Shown here: piece by piece, positions 36,147 through 49,860 of the stretch | Layout: each line of letters starts with the position of its first letter | Numbering within the stretch: the first letter of the stretch is position 1 | Assembly (NCBI GenBank): GCA_001724265.1 | Contig: MEDY01000069.1 | Coordinates: 62,001-126,000 of the forward strand | Reading direction: 5' to 3' | From: Rhizaria sp. SCN 62-66 | Taxonomy: Eukaryota | DNA: 64,000 bases | The notes under the pieces: model-generated | Databases searched by the model: none | Told to the model about the DNA's origin: nothing | What the model saw: the letters and a program-made list of their open reading frames with translations, nothing else | Position numbers and translations under genes: made by a program

Positions 36147-39100
36147 TTACGCGGCGACAATGGTGATCTTGACGGCGTGTCCGTCAAACGAGGCTGTCTC
36201 CTGTGCAAGCACCTTGCTCTTGTCGGGCATCTCCGCCGCGGGCGCGGGCACGATCGCGATGATGCTCTCGAACACCTCCTTGGCAAGCGAGATCACCTCG
36301 GGGATCGGGATGCCCGCCGCAGCCGCAGCGCCGTCGTCCTCGGGGTCCGCGGCGGCGGCGGCGGCGTCGGCGCCCGAGAGGACCTCGTAGAAGACGGCGA
36401 TCTTGTCGCTGGGGATGAGCCCAGCGGCCTTGCGCATCATCTGCACGCGCGAGGCGATGCCGCGTGCTGTGCCCTCGGCCTGCAGCCCGCGGTCGATGGT
36501 CGTGTCGAGCGCGGTCACGATGCCGTTCTCGGACACGACCTGGATGTCACCCGAGACGTCGGCGGCGACGACCGAGTAGTTCATCTCGGCCATGGTGAGC
36601 ACGACGTCGCACACGGCGAGCTCGCCCTTGGCCACGGCGGCCATGATCTCCTCCGCCGAGAGCGCAGCCATTGCCTCCGTGACAGCGCGAAGCTTGGGGC
36701 CGAGCTTCTTGCCAAGCGCGGCCTTGTTCGGGCCCAGCACGGGGCGCACGAACGCGGTCGGCGAGGTCTCGTAGCGCACCTCGTAGACCGACAGCAGGTC
36801 CTTGACGTAGGCCTCGAGGCTCTGGACGTCGGCGATGAACGTCGGGTCCGTCGAGTTGACAGTGTAGGTGCGCAGCGGCATCTGCAGCGAGATGACGCGC
36901 GTGTTGCGCGCCTGGCGGCCCATCTCAACGACCGTCTGCATGCGGCCCACGGCGCGGTCGACCTCGGGCGCGATCAGCGAGGTGATCGGGGCCGGGCGCA
37001 TCAGGTAGTGCACCGAATCGGCCTAAACAGGTTGACATTTGCAATTGAGAAAATAAATTACAAAACATGAACAAAAAAGAGGTATGAGACGCGAATGATC
37101 AACGCGTAATTCGCGAAAGAAAGTCATCTAAGATGAGAGAGATATCATGCAATGTTGTTTTGATTTGTGTCTTATTATGTGATTTTGTACGTACCTGGAC
37201 GGAGGCGGGGAGGATGAACTTGAGGTTCTGGTAGATGACCTCGACGAGGAAGGGCGTCAGCGACGACATGAGGCGGCACAGCGTGAAGAGCACCGTCACA
37301 AGCACCGACAGCGCAGTCTTGGTGTCGGCGGGGGTGTTGCCCTGGCCCTTGAGACGGCGGCGGTTGGCCTTGACGTACCAGTTGGTGAGGACCTCGATGA
37401 AGCGGACGAGCTGGGGCACGACGGCGTAGAGGTGGTACTTGGCCATCTCGACGTCGACCTTGCCGATCAGACCCTGTTGTTGAAAGAACACAAACAAAGA
37501 ACGAAAGACAATAAAGCAAAGTGAGTACAGTCATATAGTGGTGTTTAAGAATATAATCTACTCGATCAACAAAGGAAACACACTAACAAAAATAACATAA
37601 AATACAATAAAGGAGCGGAGAGAAAACCGTCGTTCGCATGGATGCGACCTACCTGGAGGGTGGAGAGGACCCACTTGTCCATGACGTTGTCGAGCACGAG
37701 GCCCTCGCCGGAGAGGTACATCTCATCCAGTGTGAACTTCTCGCCGCTCGCCACGACCTCAGCCGTGCTGTTGTAGCGGATGACGTTCTCAACGGCGAAG
37801 CGGAAGGCGTTCCACCAAGGGCGGATGACCTTGTTGCTGACCTGCATGACGTTCTCCTCGGTGAAAGCCACCTCCTCGGCGCGCACGGCGGGCGAGTTGA
37901 TGAGGCAAAGACGGAGCGAGTCGGAGCCGTACTTGGTGATCACCTCCATGGGGTCGGGGTAGTTCTTGAGGCGCTTGGACATCTTCTTCCCGTCGGGCGC
38001 GAGGATGATGCCGTTAACGACGACGTTCTGGAACGCAGGCTTGTCAAAGAGAGCCGTGGACAGGACCATGAGCGTGTAGAACCAGCCGCGGGTCTGGTCC
38101 AGGCCCTCGGCGATGAACTGGGCCGGGAACATGTCCTTGAACTCCTCCTTGTTCTCGAACGGGTAGTGCTGCTGCGCGTAGGGCATCGAACCCGACTCGA
38201 ACCAGCAGTCGAAGACGTCGGGGATGCGCGTCATCGCCGGGAACTCGGCGCCACGCGGGTCGGGGATAGTGATGTCGTCGACGAAGTGCTTGTGAATGTC
38301 GGTGATGCCCGTGCGGCCGGAGAGCTCCTCCAGCTCGGCCACGGACCCGATGGCCTTCATCTGCGTCCCGTCGGCCGAGACCCAGATCGGGATCGGCGTG
38401 CCCCAGAAGCGTGAGCGCGACACGGCCCAGTCGCGGGCCGTCGAGAGCCATGCGTAGAAGCGGCCAGAACCGACCGACTCGGGCACCCACGACGTCTGCG
38501 CGTGCGTGGCCAGGAGCCGCTCCTTGATCTTCTCCACGGCGACGAACCATGACGGCACGGCCTTGTAGATGAGGGGCGTGTCAGAGCGCCAGCAGAAGGG
38601 GTACGAGTGATTGTACTGGTCCTGCTTGATCACGCGGCCGTTCTTCTTGAGCAGGCGGATAATGTCCAGGTCAGCGTCCTTGACGTAGCGGCCCGGGAAG
38701 TCGAGCACCTCGGCGGTGAAGCGGCCGGAGTCGTCGACGGGGCAGAGCAGGTCAGCGCCCTTGGCAGTGATGCCGCCCTGCAGGCACACGCGGTTATCGT
38801 CCTCACCGAACGCAGGCGCGCAGTGGACAATGCCGGTACCGGAGTCGTCCGTGACGTAGCCGTCGGCGACGATGCGGAAGCCGGTGGCCTCGTTCTCGGC
38901 CTTGAAGTAGTCGAAGAGCGGCTCGTAGGTGAGCCCGACCAGCTCGGAGCCCTTCATCTCGGCGATGATCTCGTACGCGTCCGTCTTAAGCGGCATGTCG
39001 GCCAGGTACTGCGCTTTGATTGCCGCAATCTGCGCCGCCGCCTCGGGGCCCGGGAGCGCGGTGTTTGCCTGCACGGCCTCGATGGCGCGCACGCGGGCGC

Positions 39101-39953
39101 CGGTGGCCTTCTTGTCGGGCCACACCTGCTCCATGCGCGACTTGGCGAGGATGTAGACGGCGTTGTTGTTCTTGAGGTCGCGCACCTTGACGTAAGTGAA
39201 GTCGCCGTTGACGCAGAGCGCGAGGTTGGACGGCAGCGTCCAGGGGGTCGTGGTCCACGCCAGCGCGGCGGCGCCGTCGGCGTCGCCCTTGATCGGGAAC
39301 GACACCACCACGGTCGGGTCGAGCACCATGCGGTAGTTGAGGTTAGACTCGAAGTTGGACAAGGGGGTCATAAGCGCCGTGGAGTAGGGCATGACCTTGT
39401 ATCCGCGATAGACGAGGCCCTTGTCGAAGATGGTCTTGAGGACCCACCAGACAGACTCCATGTACTTAAGGTCCATGGTCTTGTACGAGTTGTCGAAGTC
39501 GATCCAGCGGCCCATGCGGGTCACCGTCGCCTTCCACTCGGAGGTGTAGCGCTGGACAATGGCGCGGCACTCCTCGTTGTACTTGGCGATGCCGATGGCC
39601 ATGACGTCGTCCTTGGTCTTGATGTCAAGCGCCTTGTCGATCTCGTGCTCGACGGGCAGACCGTGGCAGTCCCAGCCGAAGCGGCGCGGGACGTGGAAGC
39701 CGGACGAGTACGCGTGGCGGGTCACGACGTCCTTGATGGTCATGGCAAGGATGTGGCCGTAGTGGGGGAGACCGGTGGCGAACGGAGGACCATCGTAGAA
39801 GGTGAAGACGGGGCGACCCTCGGAGAGCTTGTTGGAGGTCTCGAAGGCCTTGATCTTGTCCCAGTACGCAAGGACCTCCTCCTCCATCGTCGACGCCTGG
39901 GTGCGCGACTCGGGGACGTTGAGTTCCGTCGGGGAAACGAGACTCGAAGACAT
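36147..39953 (-). CDS. IARS1: Isoleucine--tRNA ligase, cytoplasmic, 1151 aa, 3 exons (39953-37653, 37473-37195, 37022-36147)
   Basis: Motifs FYDGPPFATGLPHYGH, GWDCHGLPVE, WTTTPWTLPSN, GTGIVHCAPAFGEDD, DWAVSRSRFWGTPIP, EGLDQTRGWFY and KMSKR. Two in-frame GT-AG introns. TAA stop. Confidence 0.97.
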
Positions 39954-40579
39954 CGCAGTCTGAAGATATTGTGTACGGGCGCAGAGAAGAGAGCAGAACA
40001 GAATCGGCGAAAGGCGTGTGTGGTGAGTCATGTTTGGAAGTTCTGAGAGGAGGTGAAAGGCCTATCATCGTGATAGTAGCACGTTAACAGAGTATTAAAG
40101 TTCGTATTATATCACTGAACGTTAAATAAAAGTGTGTCCGGTGCGATTTAGATAGCGAGCAGCGTATCCCGAGCACGCAAGACGTTGGCAGCCACCATGT
40201 CGATCGGCTAACAGAAACGCGCGTTTGTAGTGCACAACACGCTACATAAGAACACAGATTAGCAAAACCGACAGCAACAACACCTGTTTAATCAGATGTT
40301 TGAGTGCTACCCTTCACCGTGGCTCATATGCAGGCAGAAATGACTTGCGAATGAAGTGGACAAAGAGTCGTGGTCGTCGAATGCGGACCTCAACAAAACG
40401 AAACTTTTTTTTGCGAACCGCAACTTGCCAAGAACGCAATGGTTGAATATCAGAGCTTGATGGTATATTGTAAAGTGTATTTGAATGTATTTGGAATTAT
40501 TAATGTGAATAAATAGTTCGTTTATATGTAACCTTGGTATGTAGATGTGCATACTGGGCCAATACATGTCATATTCTGA

Positions 40580-43003
40580 TCACTTGTTCTTGTCCGCCAC
40601 AAGCGCTTTCATGACAAGCTCCATGTGCTTCGGCAAAGGCGCCGTCACAGCCATCACCCCATCCCAGTCGCCGCCGCCCGCAGTCACCGCAGCGCCGGCC
40701 CGCGCAACCGCGGCCTTGACCCGCGCGCGGTCGGCCTCGGTGGCGACGCCCTCGAAGGCGGCAGTGAAGAGCGGGTGTTGGAACGCCATGCTGCGGCACG
40801 TCAAGTGCAACGTCGGTGGAGTGGCAAGCGCACGCGCTGACGCGCCTCGCGGGACAACCGTTGCCACTGCTGTAAGCGCGGAATCGGGCAGAATGGGGCC
40901 GCGCAGCAAGCGCGCGTTGCAAGTCCTGTCATTGCTACTGAGACGCGTGCTGTCGTTGTTGTTCGGCTGCTGTTGACTCTGTGTTGTGAGTGGAGTGTAG
41001 CCCTCCGTGATCAAGTCTTCGCCCAGCAGCGGCGAAGACAGCACGGCCCCACAGTGACGGCGTAGCTGGTGTTTGCGGCCCGTCACGGGCGACATCGCCA
41101 ACAGCGACAGCACAGGCGCTGACCGAGCTGGGTCAGCGCTGTCACTACTGGCTGCGGGAACGGTCAGAGTGGTTAGCTCGGTGAAAAGGCTGAGCGCTGT
41201 CAGGTGTTCTACAGCAGCCCCGTTCGTGCCACTCTTGCCACCGCGAGAGGTGAGGGCCTTAGTCTTGCTCTTGCTCGTGCTGTTGTGTGTGCTATGGAAA
41301 GCGTGCGCTGAGCCGGTGTCGGTCGTCGCATATGTTTCAATAGTGGTAACACTGTGGAATGCCGTCGCGTGTGTGCTTCTATTCATGGTCTGAGAACCGT
41401 GCTTAAGGGGCGATTGCGCGATTGACGCCTGAACCATGCGACTCAGCACCATAACATCATCATCAGCAGCATGATTGGCTGTCGTAGTTGCACGATTCAA
41501 AGTCACGCCAGACACCTTGTTCAACGCTGACAGAGAAGGCAGCGGTGCTGAAAGCGCCCAGTATAGCTTCTTAACTTGATACACGCCGTTATTGTCTCCA
41601 TCTTCGTCATTCATATGCCTGTCATTGCGATTAGCGTTAACATTTGTGTGGTGTTTGTTAGTCGTGGATTTCGTCGTAGCGTCAACGGCAGCCTTAGTCT
41701 TGGCTGCAAACTGGTCAGTTAGCGCCTTGGCCGCGAGCCGCGTCTTCGCCACAACCAATACACCTGATGTCGCTTTGTCAAGCCGGTGGACCAAACGGGG
41801 GCGCTCAAAGCAAGAATGCGCCCACAGGGGCAGTCCGGTGGCGGGGTGAGTCTCGGGCGCAGACTGTAGCTTTGACTCAGACTGCGACTCCAATGACTGG
41901 CGTGGTTGAGAGAGCATTGCAGGTGAGTGCATGGACACAGTGTGCAACGCAGCCAAATACGTGTCGATGTGGTTATTGCTGTTGTTATTCGAAGTATCCG
42001 CCAAGTGACCATGAGCGGGGTCCTGCTGGCTTAGAGACGCAGCAGTCCCCGCGTGCACCGCCATCCCCGGCGGTTTATCGAGCACTAGCACGTGCTCATC
42101 CTAATACAGCACCCACGGCAGCAGACGGCGCGTGAGGCCGACAGCGCGGGCGTATGGCACCGACTCGGCCACCTCGTAGCCTAGCGCCGCCGAGTCGCCG
42201 CCACTCGGGGCGGCAGCGCCAGGGGCGAGTGCAGGAGTCAGCGGGCTCGGGTGGCTAGACGAGCCACTGCTACTGTTCTGACTGCCAGGCGTAATTGTTG
42301 CAGTGTTCAAATCCGTCTGCGAGAGCAAGTTCGCGACTGTCGTCGCAAGCGCCGGTGCCGCAGCCGCTGCTGCAGTTGTCAGTGCCAGAGAGTTCGTGCC
42401 GGTATGGGGCGAGGGACTGTTAGGAGCGGTTGGAGAGAATGTGTCCGACAAAAGCACCTTCGCCACGAACAATGGCAGCACAACAACGTCGCCGTGAGCG
42501 AGCTTCGACGCGATCTTGACTTTGGAACCCAAGCCAGCACGTCCTGCGCTTGCGCTCTTGTTGCCGTTCTCAGGATATGCGGCAGCAGTCGTGATGAGTG
42601 AGACGTCGGCAAGTGTGAGTGCAGATTGCGGTGCCAACGGCATCATCTGTGGGTGTGACAGCGACAGTGACGTTGCGTCATGAAGCGGGATGGCGTCATG
42701 ATCATTGTTGCTGCTACTAACGGAGATACTCGTTCCAGCAACCGTGAGAAGTGGAATCGAGCTCACAGTCACTGAGCCACCTGGGGTGGCAACAGTTACT
42801 AACTCAAGTGCGCTCGTGGTATAACTAGGTACCATCCGCGATGCGTTAATGGGTGTAACAGCTGCAGGAATGAGTGTCACTTCATTGCGTTCGATTAGCT
42901 TCCAGATCGTGGGCATGTTAAGCGACGGCACTGCGGCCTTCAGGAAGGCATCGGCGCGCAGGGCGTGGTTGCGCGAAGATACGCGCAGGCCAAGTCGGTA
43001 CAT
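40580..43003 (-). CDS. RluA/RluC-family pseudouridine synthase with S4-like N-terminal domain, about 807 aa; in-frame TAG at 42101-42103
   Basis: S4-like LRADAFLKAAVPSLNMPTIWKLIERNEV...KVKIASKLAHGDVVVLP. Motif I VLY*DEHVLVLDKPPGMAVH, catalytic LVHRLDKATSGVLVVAK, then KKLYWAL, PVTGRKHQLRRH and LHLTCRSMAFQHP. The start codon is uncertain; 43003 is the first in-frame ATG. TGA stop. Confidence 0.87.
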
Positions 43004-43279
43004 CCACCGACGCGTAATAGGACCAATAACAGCCGATGTTGCGACGGTACTGAAGCTAGTTGCGTTTATTGGGTGTAGCGCATGCGATGCAACGGATCGC
43101 AGCACTCACGCGGGAAGAGCGAACAGGAAAAGATCCATATGTGAGCCAAACACCAACCTTGCCAAATATTATTAACGTTTAATAACCAACTTTGAACTGC
43201 GTATATTGTTACAATTCTCAACTTTTATACAACGGACTCTACACTCACATACACTTCATTCCATTCAGCGCCCTCTCAG

Positions 43280-43789
43280 ATGCTCAGCACCGCCACTAAG
43301 ACGCCCTTCAAGGCCCTCTCTGTCATCGCTCGCTCCATCACCGCTGCAGCTCCGACCGCTGCTATCCGCGGTGTCTTTTCCACCGCTGCGCGCACCCCGC
43401 TCGCGTTCTCCGCCCGCGCCGCTCCCAAGGCCCTCGCCCCGCTCATGACCGTGCGCCTCGCCGTCCCTGTGGCTGCCAACGCCTTCGCGTTCGCCCCCGT
43501 GCGCGCCTTCTCCGCCGAGGCCTGCTCCACGGACCCCGCCGCCGAGCCCGCCGACGTGGTCATTCACCGCGCCCTTACGGCCGCCTTCGCACCCGCGAAG
43601 CTTGTCGTCAAGGACACCTCCGGCGGCTGCGGCGCCTTCTTCAACATCCAGATTGTGTCTGAGCAGTTCGCTGGCAAGACGCCGCTCGCGCGCCACCGCA
43701 TGGTGCAGGCCGCCATCAAGGAGAACATCAAGAACATGCACGGGCTGACTATTGCGGCGTTTGCGCCTGATCAGGTCAAGAGCGAGTGA
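43280..43789 (+). CDS. BolA-family protein (BOLA3-like) with probable mitochondrial transit peptide, 169 aa
   Basis: VKDTSGGCGAFFNIQIVSEQFAGKTPLARHRMVQAAIKENIKNMHGLTI. The N-terminal extension is A/R/S/T-rich and free of acidic residues. Confidence 0.92.
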   Translation: MLSTATKTPFKALSVIARSITAAAPTAAIRGVFSTAARTPLAFSARAAPKALAPLMTVRLAVPVAANAFAFAPVRAFSAEACSTDPAAEPADVVIHRALTAAFAPAKLVVKDTSGGCGAFFNIQIVSEQFAGKTPLARHRMVQAAIKENIKNMHGLTIAAFAPDQVKSE

Positions 43790-44510
43790 GCGCGCATGGC
43801 ACGCTGAAAACGCACAGCAAACGATAGCTTGAGAGTGAGCGAGGTGTTGATCATCGCTTGCTGGAAGCTCGATTTGCCGAATGTGATCGAGTATTGGTGT
43901 AATTATATGTAGTTGTAATATGTAAGTCTTAATACACAGTAGTCTACGAATACTAAAAGAATAAGCTTTGTATACGAGGTGGGTGGAGGGCCCGATGAAG
44001 GCCAACAAAGACAGACGATGCGACTCTGACGCTACCGCTGCCCAGCGACAGTGTTAACAACAGCGACAGAGCACGCGAGGAGGCTGTCTCTCCACTTGGC
44101 GGGCCTTATGTAGAGAGAATATGAGAATACTGTCGTATCTGCGCACGATTGCTCTCAGCTCACAATGTGAGCGGGGAAAGATGATGATACAGAATACTGA
44201 TTAAGAAAACGAAAAAGAGCAAACTAAAACAAGCGAAACGAAACAAGAGAAACAACGATGACAAACCTGAGTATCACATGGAAGAAAAAATAGACTACGT
44301 ATGAACGACAAGACACACGCATAAGCTCACAATATACAAGCGGCACGACACCCATGACGCCGAACGCAACCGATGTGACTGCGTTACGCTTCTGAGATGA
44401 TGCGGCTGTTTGTTGTTCTGTGAGAGTCTGCATACGTGCGGGTTGTGGCGAGCTTGCAATCGGCCGGAGGAAACCGACTTTGACTGCGCGGTACGCTTGC
44501 GTCAGCCCGC

Positions 44511-45661
44511 TTACTGCATCGCGAAGTAGTGCTTGGCGGCGTAGTGGCCCGTGACGCCGTGCTCGATCTGGCGCTCGACGTCGAGCAGCAGCGCGGAGGC
44601 GCCGATGCGGAACAGGTCGGGCCTGTGAATTGAAAGAAAGCAAAAGAAACAGTGATCAGGGAAGAATCATAGTGAGGGTACAGCGTCAAAAAAATTATGA
44701 AGATACAAGACTAACAGAAAAAGGTATGCAATGCACCAATATACATAAATACTCAATAAGTCGTGATAAATAATGCAAATGCAACGTACTTGGTCCACTC
44801 CTCGCCGAGCTCCTCGAGCATGAGCGAGAGGAACGAGAGGGCCTTCTTAGCGGTGCTCACGCCGCCGGCGGGCTTGAAGCCGACCTTGTAGCCGGTGCGG
44901 TCGTGGTAGTCGCGGATGGCGCGCACCATGGTGAGCGCGACGGGCAGCGTGGCGTTGACGCGCTCCTTGCCGGTTGAGGTCTTGATGAAGTCGGCGCCGG
45001 CCATCATGCACACGAGCGAGGCTTTGTAGATGTCGCGGTAGCTGGGGAGCTCACCCGTGGCAAGAATAGCCTTGAGGTGAGCCTCGCCGCACGCCTCGCG
45101 CATGGCCTTGACCTCCTCGTAGCACTCCTTCCACTTGTGGTTGATCACGAGCTCACGCGCGAGAACGATGTCGATCTCCTTGGCGCCGTTCTTGACGGCG
45201 TAGCGGATCTCCTCCAGGCGCGTCGAGAGCGGGGTCTGGCCCGCGGGGAAGCCCGTGGCGACGGAGGCGACCGGAATGCCCGTGCCCTTGAGCGCGGCCA
45301 CGGCATCGGCGACGCGGGAGGGGTAGACGCAGACGGCACCCGTGGTGATGCCCTTGTCCTCGACGTCGAGGCTCTTGACGAAGTCGGGGCGCAGAGGGGT
45401 CTTGGCCTTGGCGCAGAGGCGCTTGACGTTGCCGGGGGTGTCGTCGCCGGCGAGCGTGGTGAGGTCGATCAGGGTGATGACGCGAAGAAGCCAGGCGAGC
45501 TGGTGCTCCTTCTTGACGGTGCGGCGGGCCTCGAGGGACGCGGCGCGGCGCTCGATGGCGGACTTGTTGCACTGGACGCTGGCAACCCACTCCATGTCGA
45601 GCTCGATGCCCGCGTTGCGCACATGGCCCTCGCAGTGAACGGCGTCGGCGTCGGTGGACAT
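44511..45661 (-). CDS. DERA: Deoxyribose-phosphate aldolase, 327 aa, 2 exons (45661-44790, 44622-44511)
   Basis: Motifs IDLTTLAGDDTPGNV, AVCVYP, VATGFPAGQ, HLKAILATGEL, ADFIKTSTGK and VGFKPAGGV. The second exon encodes PDLFRIGASALL. Intron GTACGT...CAG. TAA stop. Confidence 0.96.
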
Positions 45662-46521
45662 TAGAACTGCTGGTTCTGTTTCGTGACGAAGGGGTTTGGG
45701 CAGTGAATGAGATGAGGCGAGAACGAAGAAATGGCGATTACAGAGAGGATATGTGAGTGGGAAGAGGAAGTGGTAGGAAAGCGAGCATGATTCAGGATAC
45801 TTAATTAGTGCGACAGCCCATAAAGCTTACTGAGGGTTGTGTTACTGTTGTGGTTACGGCGTTTAAGTGGGAAGAATGGGCGACGCGGCGACGCAGAGTT
45901 GAGCTCCCGTCGGACCTCGAGAGGGCAGATGATATTCGACGTCGGCGTGACATTTTAACAAATAGTGTTACTCTTCCTTGGCACTCCTTGAGTCATAGTG
46001 TGTCCCAACAGCAAATACAAAGCAGCTGACGGCCTCCCCGTGGAGATATCCTGCAGTTTAGCTCGTCCCCAGTCACCCTCGAAACCCGCGGCTAGACTTT
46101 GATCACCCAGTCAATTGACCGATCGAGTGGACCGAGACTGGCCAACCGAGAAGAGCTCTGTCTGTTCTGAACGGTCATAATGAGACGATACAACGCACTC
46201 TGCATTGACACGGGAAGACCGTCAAACCATAATTGGCATGCATGTGTGGATATAAACCTATTTAACTGTTGCATTATTCAAACAGTTATTTACAAGGTCG
46301 CGAAATACCCTCCCAATGACATCCTTTCTAGATGCACGTTACTCACTCAAAACGACTCTCTCGCTGACCACACCTTCATTGCTCCCATGACAGCCACCCC
46401 CGCTCTTCGCTGGGTTTCACAAAACAACCGAGCGTATTTGTAGTGTTTAAACACCCTAACATCTCTCTTGCCTGGGCTGCGTCCCCTTACCCCCCTCTGA
46501 CTGGGCTGCTAGTGAGGCAAC

Positions 46522-49490
46522 ATGTCTGGTACGTTACCTCGCTCCCTTCACTGCTCTGCACCACCCTCAGCAACGCTAGATCACCTTGAACGCGATCAAC
46601 ACGCTTTTGCACACATAGACACTGACAGATAGATTGTTCCCCGCCTAACTGTACTATCTTTTGCATCTGTTTAGACACGCCCGAGGATGCGACGAGGGAC
46701 GTGACCAACACGGTCGCGTTCGCCTTCCTGGACGAGATGCTCTCCAAGGGCAAGCTCAGCCAGGAAACCGTCGACCTCTGCAAGGCAAACTACCGCAAAC
46801 TCCACGAGTCCGTCGTGACGTGCTTTGCCAACGAAAAGGCACTCATGGAGAAAGCCATGGAGCTGTCGACCGTGCTCGAAGAGGAGCGTAGCAAGATCGA
46901 GAGCAAGATTGGTTCGACCCACGACATGCACACCGACATCGAGCAGCTGCAGCGCGAAGCCGATGACGTTAACGCCGTCGTGCAGACCTTCCAGAACGAG
47001 GTCTCCGTGTGCCGCTTCGAGCTGGAGGAGCTGCAGGCGACGCGGCGTGAGAACGAGGTGCGCCGCGAGCAAAACGAAGTCAAGCAGCTGGCCGAGCTGC
47101 AGCCCATCAAAGAGCGGCTCACACAGCGGCTTGCCGAGCTAGAGGCTGACCTGCTGAAACAGAAGGAGGCCAAGGAGCGCGAGGACGAGAATACACAGGC
47201 GTACCTCACGCGCATCGCGGTGCAGACGGCCAAGATCACCGAAAACGAGCGGCTCAAGCTGAGCAAGCGCGGCGAGTACACTAAGGTCATGGGCGAGCCC
47301 GAGCGCATCCGGCAGCAGTGCGCGTCGCTCGAGATTGCGCAGAAGAAGCTCCAGACAGACGTGCGCGAGGCGACTGAGGCGGAGCGCCGCGCGGAGACCG
47401 ACTACCAGGCCGCCGAGCAGGCACGCATGGAGAAGGAGGCGCAATGCGACAAGGCCGTCGCAGCCAGCTCGCAGTTGCGCGCGACCGTGTTCAAGCTGCA
47501 GATGCACGCGGACGAGCTGCAGAGCAAAAAGCTGACCGAGCGCGAGCGCGCGGAGCGTGCCAAGGACAAGACGACTTTGTTGGAGGAAGAGCTGAAGCAG
47601 CTGCACGAGATGGGCAAGAAACACTTCGAGCAGATGTCCGAGTACCAGCGGCAGTACGAGCGCGCCAAGAAGGAGTACGAACGCCAGCGCCGCAAGCGCG
47701 ACTCGCTGCAAGCGCTGGTGCCGCCGCTCAAGGCGCAGCACGAGAGCATGATGCGACTCTGGAACGAGCTCGAGCGCGAGCTCAACGACAAGAAGAAGAT
47801 TCTCACCGAGATCAAGCTCGACGAAGAGCTGTTCACTGCACAGGTGCTTAACAAGGAGGACCTGGAGCGCGAGACCAAGGCGCTGCTGCAGGCCGTGTTG
47901 GCCGAGCGCCGCGATGTCGAGGCCAAGGTCGCGCAGGCCGACGCGCAGGAGAAGGCGCTGCTCAGCGACGTCGGCAACCTCTCGGCGCAGCGCGAGCGCA
48001 TGGCGCGCGAGGCGTCGCTGGCGATGGAGCAGTACGTCGAGGCGACCAAGGAGCTTAAGGCCAAGAACATGCTGCTCATGTCGCTCGACAAGCAGACGCT
48101 CGAGACGTATCAGCGCCTCAAGGTCACCTCAGTGCAGTACGAAAAAGTCAAGACGTCGCGCAATCGGTACCAGAGCCTATTGCAGGCCGCGGTGCAGACC
48201 GTAGCAGAGCTTAATGAGAAGATCAAGCTCCTACAGAGCGAGAGCGACACACTGCGTCAGGAAAGTGGCAGTATGAACCGCACTCTCTTGGACGAGGCGC
48301 GCACTCGCAGTAACCTCGTTGCCGGCCGCGACGCCGCGCGCATTGACCACAACAAGCTGAGCTCGATCCTGTCCGACGTGCAGGAGCAAGAGCGGCAGCA
48401 CGAGACGGAGATCGTCAAGCTCAACTCGATCGTGAACCAGACCGAGATCAAGATGCTCGAGCTGCGCCGCGACTACGCCGCTGCCGTGGACAACCGCAAC
48501 TTGACCGGCATCCAGCTCATCGACCGCAACGACGAGCTGTGTATCCTGTACGAGAAGTCAAACGTGCAGCAGGCCGTGCTGGGCAAAGGCGACGCCGAGC
48601 TGCGCCACAAGGACGAGCAGATCCGCGCTCTCAAGCTCGAGATTGCAGAACTGCGCCGCCGCGTCGAAAACGCGCGCTGCAGGCTCCCGTCGCTGCAGAT
48701 GTACGCGGCGTGCACGGCGACGCTGCAGCGCCTCGAGGACCAGCTGCGGCAGGAGCGCGAAATCACCAATGCGCTCACGGTCAAGCTGGAAGAGCCCGCG
48801 GAGACTGCGGGCGCGGCGGGTGGCGAAGGCTCGCGCTGCCGCTTGCTCAAGGGTTCGGACCCGTCGCCTGAGGTGCTCAACGCGCAGATCGCGATCCTGG
48901 GCGACCGGCTCAACGCGAAGAAAGAGCAGCTGCTGGAGCGCGAGCTCGTACTGGACGAGGTCACTTCCCTCAGCGACAAGCTCAAAGTGCAGGCCGCCGA
49001 GACGCGCGGCTCGACACTGGACCTCGCGAAGCGCATCAACGATTACCAGGCGCGCATTCGCACCATGACGCGCAAGATCATGGCCGTGATCTCCGAGCTG
49101 TCGATGTACCAGGCGACGGCGATGAAGCTCGAGCAGCAGCGCGCCGAGGCCGCCGCCGTGCTCGCCACGGCCAAGGAGCGTGCGGCCCAGGGCGTGCCGC
49201 CAACGGACGACGCAGAGTACGAGTGGTACCGCATCGAGCGCGACCGCGTGCGCCGCCAGGAGGCGCTCATGGAGCGTATGGCGAACGAGAAGACGATGAT
49301 GGCCAACGCGCAGCGCGCGGCGCAGGGCATCGCGGTCAAGACCACTGCCGAGGCGCGGCCTAACCACTACTTGCCCGAGGAGCTGGCGCTGCCCAAGCCC
49401 TACGGCGCGCTGGCGCCGTTCAAGCCGCAGCAGCAGGGCGCGACTATCCGCCACGTGCGCAAGCCAGAGCCACGCGAGCTGCAGCTCTAA
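46522..49490 (+). CDS. CCDC146: Coiled-coil domain-containing protein 146-like (flagellar), 940 aa, 2 exons (46522-46528, 46675-49490)
   Basis: Long coiled coil with RNLTGIQLIDRNDELCILYEK, RKIMAVISELSMYQA and TTAEARPNHYLP..LALPKPYGALAPFKP. A 7-nt first coding exon ATGTCTG|GTACGT supplies the missing ATG. TAA stop. Confidence 0.88.
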
Positions 49491-49860
49491 GCACGCTCAC
49501 GCACAGTCTCAAAACTCGTGTTAATTTCATTTCGATAAGATTTAGCAGTCTTCTACGCACTTATGTAGGTCTGCGATGTATACAATAGCTTCCTTTTTAT
49601 GTTCTCGCAAACTTTAAGTCTTTTATCTCATCATAACTTTGCAAAGATAAACCCCATTAGTTGGGGACTGTAACTGTATTTAATGGAGATATTAAAATGG
49701 TTGCGAATACTTACTAGGTAACACAACAAAACAACACGCATACTGACCTGGAGAGGATCGCTTTCGAAATTAACTACCCATCCATCAAAAACACAACGAT
49801 ACGTGAAGCTTGAGCTCATACAACATAACTTACGTATGTCGCGTGAACAAGTCGTTCACT

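Noticed and set aside
42098-42106. A shared readthrough context around the four TAGs
   Set aside because: The 3' contexts differ (CAG, CAG, GAT, TTC) and no common downstream motif is evident. Two are preceded by T-ending codons, but the sample is too small.
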